Of a DNA stretch of 64,000 nucleotides, positions 56,220 through 64,000 are shown one piece after another. The stretch lies in assembly GCA_963678065.2 (NCBI GenBank), contig CAXXVZ010000004.1, positions 64,001-128,000 on the forward strand, in the 5' to 3' direction. The position numbers and the translations under genes are program-made. Numbering within the stretch: the stretch's first letter is position 1; each line of letters begins with the position of its first letter. The stretch is from Treponemataceae bacterium (GTDB lineage Bacteria > Spirochaetota > Spirochaetia > Treponematales > Rectinemataceae). The notes under the pieces were generated by a model, which worked only from the letters and a program-made list of their open reading frames with translations, was not told the DNA's origin and ran no database searches.

Positions 56220-58622
56220 TCACAGATTCTTCAGAAACAGCTCCACGACGCGGGGATCGAAGTGGCTTCCGGACAAGGACTCGATGTGGGTCATCACTTT
56301 TTTCTCGGGCCACGCGGCCCGGTATGGGCGATCGGAGCGAAGTGCGTCCCAGACATCCACCACGGCGAATATGCGGGCGGCGAGCGGAATTTCTTCGCCT
56401 TTGAGTCCGCGGGGATAGCCAGTACCATCCCATTTCTCGTGATGGCAATAAGGAATGTCCAGAGCGTGGCTGAGGTACTGTATGGGTGAAAGCAATTCAT
56501 AGGCATACACCGGGTGTTTTTTCATCATCACCCATTCCTCTTCGGTCAGCGGCCCCGGCTTCAGGAGGATGGCGTCGGGCACGCCCATTTTCCCGATATC
56601 GTGCAGGAGAGCGCCCCTCTGAATCTGTACCGTTTCCTCATCACCGAAGCCCATCGCGCGGGCGAGCCTGACCGTCATCTCCGTCACGCGGATAGTGTGC
56701 CCTTCGGTCTCTTTGTCTCGCAGGTCGAGCGCGCGGGACCATCCCTGGATGGTGGCATCGTAGGCGGCGGTCAGTTCCGAGTTCGAGCGCTGCAGGCTGT
56801 CGAACAGGGTAGAATTATCGATTGCTATCGCAGCCTGCTTGGCCAGGGACCTGAAGAAGTCGAGCCATTCGTCGTCCGGGACGAGAGGGGAACGGTTGAA
56901 CACCTCCAGCACGCCCTGTATCTGGTCTTTTGCAACGAGGGGAATCCCATAGTACGTGACAAAATCCTCTCCTGCCAACAGATGAGTCAGAAGCTGATCG
57001 CTGGGTTCTTCGAGTTTGTCGACATGGACGAGACAGCGTTCGGCTGCGGCGATTCCGGCATGGCCTTCTCCCAGCCGGAATTGCAGGCCCTTTGCAGCCA
57101 CGCCGCGGAAACCGAGGCCGGAAGCGTGCCGAAGGCTCCGGGAAGAGGGATCGAAGAGCAGTACATCGGCGGCGTCCACACTCAACTGTCTGACGATGTG
57201 GGCAAGGATGGTCGCCAGGATGAAGGGCAGATCGAGGCTGGTGGAGATGGCGGAATCGATTTCGCTCAGGGCCGACAGTTTTTTTAGGCGGCGGATGTTT
57301 TCTTCACGCAGACCCATCCTGTGGATGGACGAGGAGGCCTGCTCCGCGATGCTCCGGGCCATGCGTATCTTCTGCGTCGTGAAGGACTCCCTCTCTTTGT
57401 TCCGGGCCTCGCCCAGCATCAGTATTCCAGGGCTGTTTTTCAGATGCTGGCCCCCGTCGACTCCTCTGAGGGGCACGAGGCAGATGGACTTGACGTGATC
57501 GAGGAGGAGAACCGATCGCTCGAAAGGCCCGATCGAGGGATCATCGGCGTCGAGCACGACAGGTTCGTCCTGCTTCAGGATATCGAGGCAGACAGGCAAC
57601 CTTGTGACAGAATAGCGGAAACCGACAAACAGCTCATGATCCAGAGCGCGGACCGGGTAGGCGGACTTTATCACCAGCTCGTTTCCGTCGAGATAGGCGA
57701 TCCTCGAAAAAGTGGTGTGGACATCCTCCACCGAGCACCGTGTCACGATGGCGAAAATCTGATTCAGATTCTCCGCTTCCGCCAGGGCGCGCGAGAGCTC
57801 GTACAACTTCGCGAGCTCGAAGTTGCTGATCTGAACCTCGGTCTCCATGCGCTTCCGCTCCGTGATGTCGGAGGCTATGCCGTCGACGACGGTGTCGTCA
57901 CCCATGACTGATATCTTGATGGAGTGGTCCCGGAACCAGTGTTCAGTGCCGCTCTTGTCGTGGATCCGGTATTCGAGGTCGTAGGAATTGCCGCGGGAAC
58001 ATTCCGCGATGGCCGCGTCGAATCGGAGGCGATCATCGGCATGTATCGAGGATCTCCAGATTCCGGGATCGGCGATGAGTGCTTCGCCGGTATATCCCAG
58101 GATGGGCTCCACCTGCGGCGAATAGAACAGGCCACTGCGGTACAGGGAGAAAGTATAGATTATGTGCGGGATGTTATCGATCAGATTCCGGTACTGAGCC
58201 TCCCGTTCACGCAGCGAGTTCTCCGCTCTTCTGTGCTCTCGCCGCATCTGCGCCTCGTAAAGTTCCCGCTTCACTACCGGGGCCAAACGGGTAAGTCTCT
58301 CTTTCATGAGATAGTCCTGGGCGCCCAGCTTCATGAGCTCGACGGCTGTCTCTTCTCCCACCGTGCCGGACACGACGATGAAGGGTATATCCAGACCGGT
58401 GGCTTTCTTGACCGCGAGCGCTCCGTGAGCGCTGAAACTCGGCAGACTGCAATCGGAGATCACGACATCCCAGTCATTCCGTCCCAGGGCTTCTTTCATC
58501 GATTCGGCGGTCTGGACTCTTTCGGCCGTCACCGAAAAACCTGCGCTCTCCAAGTTGAGGAGAATCAGATCCGCGTCGGATTCGGAGTCTTCGACAATGA
58601 GGACACGCAGAGGTATTGCCAT
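56220..58622 (-). CDS. REC-PAS-GAF-GAF-HD-GYP cyclic dinucleotide phosphodiesterase
   Basis: VLIVEDS/ISD receiver, PAS (IHADDR..EYRI), two GAF-like regions, HDIGK, HHEKWDGTGYP. Confidence 0.92.
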   Translation of the reverse strand: MAIPLRVLIVEDSESDADLILLNLESAGFSVTAERVQTAESMKEALGRNDWDVVISDCSLPSFSAHGALAVKKATGLDIPFIVVSGTVGEETAVELMKLGAQDYLMKERLTRLAPVVKRELYEAQMRREHRRAENSLREREAQYRNLIDNIPHIIYTFSLYRSGLFYSPQVEPILGYTGEALIADPGIWRSSIHADDRLRFDAAIAECSRGNSYDLEYRIHDKSGTEHWFRDHSIKISVMGDDTVVDGIASDITERKRMETEVQISNFELAKLYELSRALAEAENLNQIFAIVTRCSVEDVHTTFSRIAYLDGNELVIKSAYPVRALDHELFVGFRYSVTRLPVCLDILKQDEPVVLDADDPSIGPFERSVLLLDHVKSICLVPLRGVDGGQHLKNSPGILMLGEARNKERESFTTQKIRMARSIAEQASSSIHRMGLREENIRRLKKLSALSEIDSAISTSLDLPFILATILAHIVRQLSVDAADVLLFDPSSRSLRHASGLGFRGVAAKGLQFRLGEGHAGIAAAERCLVHVDKLEEPSDQLLTHLLAGEDFVTYYGIPLVAKDQIQGVLEVFNRSPLVPDDEWLDFFRSLAKQAAIAIDNSTLFDSLQRSNSELTAAYDATIQGWSRALDLRDKETEGHTIRVTEMTVRLARAMGFGDEETVQIQRGALLHDIGKMGVPDAILLKPGPLTEEEWVMMKKHPVYAYELLSPIQYLSHALDIPYCHHEKWDGTGYPRGLKGEEIPLAARIFAVVDVWDALRSDRPYRAAWPEKKVMTHIESLSGSHFDPRVVELFLKNL

Positions 58623-58770
58623 GTACTTTCCACCTTGACCATGCTGCGATAGTACCGTCAGTCACTTTGAATGTAAACTGTGATTTTTGCATGATAACCT
58701 GCGGCACTCGGACGTAAGAAGTCCTAAAAGCCCGATGAAATGTATCCGCGATTCGGTCTATGATGAGCGC

Positions 58771-59724
58771 ATGAGACAGCGCCACAGCACCCTCTCCGGC
58801 TTCCCGTTATTTCCGGCATTCCTGGCTTTACTGGCTCTTCTAGCTGCCGGGGTCGCCCACGCCCTCCCCCCGGCGACCGGCAGCTCTCTGGCGGCGGAAA
58901 TATTCCGCCAGGGCGACCCGGCGCTTGTCTGGTTTTCCGGAACCTCCGATATGCGGGGAAGGGATGCCGAACTGAGGGACAGGGAGGGAAAAGTCTGGGG
59001 AAGGACAAAACTCTTCTCCCTGCCGGCCCAAAGGGAAGAGGGACGCTTCGCGGCCCTCTTCCCGCTTCCCTTCGACATTCCCCCCGGGAACTATGGGGTT
59101 TTCATCGGGGAGGGGCAGGAAAGCGGAAGCCCAACGATGAGCGTGAAGATCGAGGCGGGCACGTTCATTTCGGAAGACATACGACTCGACGCGGGGAACA
59201 CAGCCCTGCGCACGGCCCCCGATCCGCGCAAGGATGCCGAGTGGCTGACCATCAAGGCCGTCTACGACAGCGTCGATCCGGATGCGGTCTTCATGGACGG
59301 AAAGTTCGGCCTCCCCGCGGGACCGGTACGGAGAACCGCGTTTTTTGGCGACAGGCGACGCTACCTGTACGCAAGCGGAGGCACCGATACGAGCATCCAC
59401 ACCGGCATAGATTTCGCCGTACCCTCCGGGAGCTCCGTGCTCGCCCCGGCGCGGGGCAGAGTCGTCTTTGCGGAGAAGCGGATCGTGACCGGCCTCACCC
59501 TCGTCGTGGAGCATCTTCCGGGCATGTATTCCGTCTTCATGCACCTCTCGGAGTTCGTGGCGAAACCGGGCAACATCGTAAAGCGGGGTGATCTCATCGC
59601 GAAATCGGGCAATACGGGCCTCTCGACCGGCCCGCACCTTCACTGGGAAATAAGGGTCGGCGGAGAGCCCGTCAATCCCGATTTCTTCGTCGCGCACTCC
59701 GTTTCGGACCCGGAGGGTCACTGA
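58771..59724 (+). CDS. M23 family metallopeptidase
   Basis: Signal peptide; HTGID, STGPHLHWE. Confidence 0.88.
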   Translation: MRQRHSTLSGFPLFPAFLALLALLAAGVAHALPPATGSSLAAEIFRQGDPALVWFSGTSDMRGRDAELRDREGKVWGRTKLFSLPAQREEGRFAALFPLPFDIPPGNYGVFIGEGQESGSPTMSVKIEAGTFISEDIRLDAGNTALRTAPDPRKDAEWLTIKAVYDSVDPDAVFMDGKFGLPAGPVRRTAFFGDRRRYLYASGGTDTSIHTGIDFAVPSGSSVLAPARGRVVFAEKRIVTGLTLVVEHLPGMYSVFMHLSEFVAKPGNIVKRGDLIAKSGNTGLSTGPHLHWEIRVGGEPVNPDFFVAHSVSDPEGH

Positions 59725-61526
59725 GCGTCTTTGGAACAGCTTGATTTCTCTGAGCTCCTCAGCTCCTCTGAACGACTCGGTTCCCCTGAACTTCCCGGTT
59801 CAGTCGCTCTGGTCCGGAAGAAAAGTGCGAGCATTCCAGACAAGGCCAGACAGGAACCGATTGAGCGCCAGACCCAGTCGGGCAGACCGAAAACCGGTAC
59901 GAGTTCCCTGTTCCAGTTCCAGAAATCCATAACAGGAACGAGGACGAGAAGGAAAGCCAGGATCCAGAGTGGGGACAGGGTTTGGGTAAGCCTGGAGGGT
60001 GTGAACCGTGATTCCTTCGATCCTTGCGAACTCCGGAACACATATCCGATGCCGAAAACCGTCCACCCTATGCCTGCTACGGGAAATATCTCGGGAATAC
60101 CCGGAAAACCGACCCAGCCGAAACCCAAAGCGACAACCATGGCTTCTCCAGCAAGCATTCCGGCGAGTGCCGTCGCGCTTCCCGTCTTTTTTCCGTAAAA
60201 ACCGCAAAAAACCACCGGAGCGAGGGCCGCATATCCTGAGAAGGATGTCCTGTTCAGAAAAGCGATGATGTCGCTCGGCGGCGAAAGGGCGATAGCCGTT
60301 CCGGCCAGGGTCAGCAGAATGACGGCGAGCCGGGGTGCGGCTGAGGATTCGCGTCGATATCCCGCAAGATCCCTCACCACAATCGAGGACAGAGTCAGAA
60401 GCTGCGAATCCATCGTCGTCATGAGCGCGGCTATCGGGGCGAGGAGAAGGATAGGCGAAAGGATCGGACCGTTGAGCCTCGCGACGACGAGAGGCCATAT
60501 CCTGTCGCTCGCTTTCGCAGACAGGTCCGGAATGACCAGGGTGGACAGGACGCCGAAGGATACCGTGAAAAAAAACAAAGTCGCCGTGACGAGCGGGTAA
60601 GCGACAACTGTCCGTCTGAGGGCCTTCTCATCGCGTGCGGCCAGAAAGCGCTGCCCGAGCTGTGGGAAAACCGGATCGGCGAGGAACCACATGACAAAGT
60701 ACCCGGCCCAGGCAAGGAAGGACAGTCCTTCCGACGCTCCGACTGCCCCGACGCCACTGCCTGCTCCTGACTTCAAGGCTCCGGCCGATCCGCCAGGCCG
60801 CGCAAAAAGCCATGGTCTGGCTGCAAAAGCCTGCGAATGCGCGACGTCGAATCCGCCCAGGAAGCTCAGAAGGACGAGCCACGCCCCCAGGGCGAGCCCG
60901 AAAAAGAGTATGCCGTGGAACACATCCGTTCTGACGACCGCCCTCATCCCCCCGGCGACAGTATAGATGCAGATGATGAGAGCCACTGACACGACACCCA
61001 GGCGGTATGGAATGCCCATCGCAGATTCGAGGAGCATGCCGGCCGCCATCGGCTGCAAGGCGAGGTATGGAATCGTGAAAATGACGAGGGAGAGGGCGTA
61101 TAGTTTCGTCAGGGCGGGCGAGCCGTATCTGTCCGCGACACAGTCCACAGGGGTGATCCATCCGAGCCGGCGTCCGTGCCTGATCATGGGAAGGCCGACA
61201 AGGTACATCCCTATGGCCATGAAACCTGTCCCCGCGGCCATGACCGGATAGAAGACGTATCCCATCCGGTACCCGGCGCCGGAGAGACCGAGGACAGTGA
61301 AAGCGGAAAAATTCGTCGCCGCAGTCGTAAGGAAAAGGGCGAAAGCCCCGAGCGTTCTGTTGTCGAGAAAGAATGAGGCGGCACTTTCCCGCCATCCGGA
61401 TGCGCCTTGACTGTTTCCAGGATTTTTCCGTCCGGAAATCCGGCGACCGGCATGCCCGGCGGAGCGCCCTCCGGCAACGAGTGTCAGCACGGCAAAAACG
61501 ATGAAGACAAGTATCCCGCTCTGCAT
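59718..61526 (-). CDS. Sodium:solute symporter family protein
   Basis: ATNFSAFT.LG..G..Y, GGMRAVVRTD, AALMTTMDSQL. Confidence 0.88.
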   Translation of the reverse strand: MQSGILVFIVFAVLTLVAGGRSAGHAGRRISGRKNPGNSQGASGWRESAASFFLDNRTLGAFALFLTTAATNFSAFTVLGLSGAGYRMGYVFYPVMAAGTGFMAIGMYLVGLPMIRHGRRLGWITPVDCVADRYGSPALTKLYALSLVIFTIPYLALQPMAAGMLLESAMGIPYRLGVVSVALIICIYTVAGGMRAVVRTDVFHGILFFGLALGAWLVLLSFLGGFDVAHSQAFAARPWLFARPGGSAGALKSGAGSGVGAVGASEGLSFLAWAGYFVMWFLADPVFPQLGQRFLAARDEKALRRTVVAYPLVTATLFFFTVSFGVLSTLVIPDLSAKASDRIWPLVVARLNGPILSPILLLAPIAALMTTMDSQLLTLSSIVVRDLAGYRRESSAAPRLAVILLTLAGTAIALSPPSDIIAFLNRTSFSGYAALAPVVFCGFYGKKTGSATALAGMLAGEAMVVALGFGWVGFPGIPEIFPVAGIGWTVFGIGYVFRSSQGSKESRFTPSRLTQTLSPLWILAFLLVLVPVMDFWNWNRELVPVFGLPDWVWRSIGSCLALSGMLALFFRTRATEPGSSGEPSRSEELRSSEKSSCSKDAQ

Positions 61527-61646
61527 GGGTTCTCCCCTGGAGCCGGGATGTCCTCGCCCTAGCGGGAATTACACCCAATTCTAGGTGCAATCCCGCCAGA
61601 CGGGGCCTGACATGGCTATGACTGGAATGAAGCTGTCTGCACAGCA

Positions 61647-61675
61647 CTATTACCGAGGCCGACAGCGTGGGTCAA
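61647..61675 (-). promoter_or_regulatory. Putative sigma70 promoter for the SSS gene
   Basis: Minus strand TTGACC-N17-TAATAG. Confidence 0.5.
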
Positions 61676-61710
61676 GCTGTCGTGCAATCCTTCATTGCTG
61701 AAAACGCAGC

Positions 61711-62568
61711 TTACTTGATAGATCCGGCGACCATGCCCTTGATGATCGATTTCTGTGCGATCAGGAAGAAGATGATGACGGGGATCATGGCCATCAGGAT
61801 AGCTGTCAGGATGAGATCCCACTGCTTCACGTAGGCTCCCGCGAAGTTGGCGACCGCGAGGGGAATCGTCTGGACGGCGTTGCCTTTTCCGAGGATGAGC
61901 AGCGGCAGGAGGAAGTCGTTCCAGATCCATATTCCGTTCAGCACGAGGACTGTCGCGTGGATGGGCTTCAGGATCGGCGAGATGATCCTGTAGAAGGTCT
62001 GGTGTCGCTTGCATCCGTCGATGAGGGCGGCCTCCTCGAGCTCGAGGGGAATGCTCTTGATGAAGCCGTGAAACATGAATATCGACTGTGACATGCCGAA
62101 GCCCACGTATGCGAGCAGGATTCCCGCGTAGGAGCGCAGGAGTTTGATCCCGGTGACCTGGGTTACCGTCCTGAACCATGACAAGAGTGGGAACATGACG
62201 ATCTGGAAGGGAATGACCATGGCCGCGACGAAGATGAGAAAGATCGTCGATGAGGTTTTCGTCTTTGTCCTGACCAGGACCCACGCAGCCTGGGCGGAAA
62301 GAAGGCTGATAAAGAGAAGGGAACAGACCGTGATGATGGCGGATCCGAAAAAGGAGGACTGGTAGCGGATGTTCGGACTCGTCCAGATATTCGCGATGTT
62401 CCGGAAAATGTTGCTCCAGTCGGAGGGCATGCTCATCGGACTCGAGGTGATCTCGAAGGGGCTCTTGGCCGAATTGATGAGGACTATGCCGAAGGGGATG
62501 AGGAAAAGCACGAAAAGGAGGGCCGTGAAAATTTCGAGCGGCAAGGTTCCTGCTTTGAGCTTTTTCAC
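61711..62568 (-). CDS. Carbohydrate ABC transporter permease
   Basis: EAA loop IPLELEEAALIDG, WNDFLLP. Confidence 0.92.
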   Translation of the reverse strand: MKKLKAGTLPLEIFTALLFVLFLIPFGIVLINSAKSPFEITSSPMSMPSDWSNIFRNIANIWTSPNIRYQSSFFGSAIITVCSLLFISLLSAQAAWVLVRTKTKTSSTIFLIFVAAMVIPFQIVMFPLLSWFRTVTQVTGIKLLRSYAGILLAYVGFGMSQSIFMFHGFIKSIPLELEEAALIDGCKRHQTFYRIISPILKPIHATVLVLNGIWIWNDFLLPLLILGKGNAVQTIPLAVANFAGAYVKQWDLILTAILMAMIPVIIFFLIAQKSIIKGMVAGSIK

Positions 62569-63482
62569 AGTTCGATCTCCTTCTTCTTGTTGGCGCTGAC
62601 CTGGACGATGGAGATCACGGCCAGGACGATGAAGAAGATGACGGCCCGCGCTTGTCCCATGGCGAGGTTGTTGGATCTGAAAGCCGTGGTATAGATATTG
62701 AGGGCGAGAAGTTGCGTTCCGTCGATCGGCGTGCCCATGAAAATCGTGGAAGGCCCGCCGTTGGTCAGCGAGACGTTGACGTCGAACTGTTTGAAGGACT
62801 GGACCAGTGTCAGGAAGAGGGTGATCGTAAATGCCTGGGAAGCCATAGGGATCGTGATGGCCCAGAGGCGTCTCCAGGGCGAGGCGCCGTCTATCTGGGC
62901 GGCCTCGTGGAGTTCGGCGGGCACGGTCTCGATTGCGGCCACGTAGATCATCATGATGTAGCCCGCGTACTGCCAGGTGCCGACGGCGACGAGGGCGAGG
63001 ATGGCGGTCGTGTTTTTGGCCAGGACGAGGTGGGAAGGGTCAACCCAGGAGGCAAATCCGAGAAGCTGGCCGATTGAGGGAATGGCCGCGTTGAAAATGA
63101 ACTGCCAGATGTAGCCGAGGATGAGACCGCCGATCAGGTTCGGCACGAAGAATCCGACCCGGTAGACGTTGCGCAGCTTGATCTTGCTCGTCACGAGAAG
63201 TGCGAGCGAGAACGCCACGACATTGATCAGAGACATGTTCAGGACTGTGTAGATGACGGTGAGCAAGAAGGAGAAGATGAAGGAGGGATCCGAGAGGCTG
63301 TTGGCATAGTTCTCGATTCCGACCATCCTCAGTGCATTCCCGACGCGGGCGGACGAGGACCAGTTCGTGAAGGAATAGTAAACTCCCAGGACGAAGGGAA
63401 TGACTATCACCATCACGAAGGCGAACAGTACCGGAGCCAGGAAAAGCCAGAAAATGAGCGGGTTCCTGCTTTTGCGCTTCAC
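62565..63482 (-). CDS. Carbohydrate ABC transporter permease
   Basis: ELHEAAQIDGA, FKQFDVN..LTNGGP. Confidence 0.92.
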   Translation of the reverse strand: MKRKSRNPLIFWLFLAPVLFAFVMVIVIPFVLGVYYSFTNWSSSARVGNALRMVGIENYANSLSDPSFIFSFLLTVIYTVLNMSLINVVAFSLALLVTSKIKLRNVYRVGFFVPNLIGGLILGYIWQFIFNAAIPSIGQLLGFASWVDPSHLVLAKNTTAILALVAVGTWQYAGYIMMIYVAAIETVPAELHEAAQIDGASPWRRLWAITIPMASQAFTITLFLTLVQSFKQFDVNVSLTNGGPSTIFMGTPIDGTQLLALNIYTTAFRSNNLAMGQARAVIFFIVLAVISIVQVSANKKKEIEL

Positions 63483-63510
63483 GGGGTCTACCTCCTTCGG
63501 TATACGACAA

Positions 63511-63544
63511 CGTCCCCCGGCATTTCGCGTGCGACCGGGGGACG
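63511..63544 (-). terminator. Hairpin between the SBP and permease genes (attenuating or mRNA-stabilising)
   Basis: CGTCCCCCGG...CCGGGGGACG 10-bp stem; second hairpin GATCCGGCC-TCGC-GGCCGGATC at 63623-63644. Confidence 0.5.
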
Positions 63545-63652
63545 CTCTTTTAAGGAAACCGATATCCGGAATGACACCTGACTGACTGATCAGGCATAAT
63601 GTCGGGTGCCACGGCGACGGATGATCCGGCCTCGCGGCCGGATCGCTTCATG

Positions 63653-64000
63653 TCAGTCCTTGCGCTCGACGAGAGCGGTCTTGAGCAGGGAAATAAACTT
63701 GGCCTTGTCGATCTGTCCGTTCGCGAACTGGTTGTAGATGGGGGCGAGTGTCTTGTCGCGGAAATCGCCCGAGAAGTAGTACTGGTTCCATGAATAGACC
63801 TTGCCGGCCGCCGACCAGGCCTGGACGGACTTGGAGAGCTGGCCTGATGGCTGGAGGGTCACGTTGGAGAAGGCAGGGATCATTCCGGCGCCCTCGACCA
63901 TGTACTTGTTGCCCTCGGGGGTGAGGACCATGTCGTCCAGGAACTTCTTCGCGGCGGCGATGTTCTTGGATTCCTTGTTGATGACGTAATAGGAGGGGGC
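63653..64000 (-). CDS. Sugar ABC transporter substrate-binding protein, 3' part
   Basis: Open frame from the window edge (PSYYVINKESKNIAAAKKFLDDMVLTPEG..MIPAF), upstream of two permeases. Confidence 0.8.
   Translation of the reverse strand, partial: APSYYVINKESKNIAAAKKFLDDMVLTPEGNKYMVEGAGMIPAFSNVTLQPSGQLSKSVQAWSAAGKVYSWNQYYFSGDFRDKTLAPIYNQFANGQIDKAKFISLLKTALVERKD

Noticed and set aside
1..64000. CRISPR array, cas genes or TnpB/IscB RNA-guided nuclease
   Set aside because: No regularly spaced repeats seen; the IS200 element has tnpA only; the HNH gene has no RuvC motifs.

Overview
High-GC bacterial chromosome segment, most likely from a spirochaete (Spirochaetia). This assignment is an inference from the fused pyrBI and the spirochaete-style lipoproteins and integrase. 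1-43 kb is core and metabolic: aceE-aceF-lpdA; an operon joining a pterin-binding methyltransferase, MetF, EtfBA and a PocR-AraC regulator; mgtA coupled to a PTS EIIA-domain gene; a transketolase/RpiB/SauS-type aldehyde dehydrogenase/ADP-forming CoA ligase/DASS operon that matches the sulfoacetate-producing sulfoglycolytic transketolase pathway; RNA-modifying enzymes; pyrBI; tdh. At 43 kb, tRNA-Asp and tRNA-Pro are followed by a decaying lower-GC island of about 11 kb. It holds a tyrosine integrase, DinD, a DNA methyltransferase pseudogene split by IS21 (itself hit by IS630), a PLD/Zn-ribbon nuclease, an HNH gene split by a second IS630, a CI-like repressor split at a G_GGA_AAG slippery site, and an IS200 element. 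After that come an MFS transporter, an HD-GYP response regulator, an M23 peptidase, an SSS transporter and a sugar ABC transporter. Best novelty candidates: (1) a MetF apparently paired with a bifurcating-type Etf, and (2) nuclease cassettes each preceded by a diverged copy of the repressor 3' end. All functional calls come from motif recognition, not database searches.
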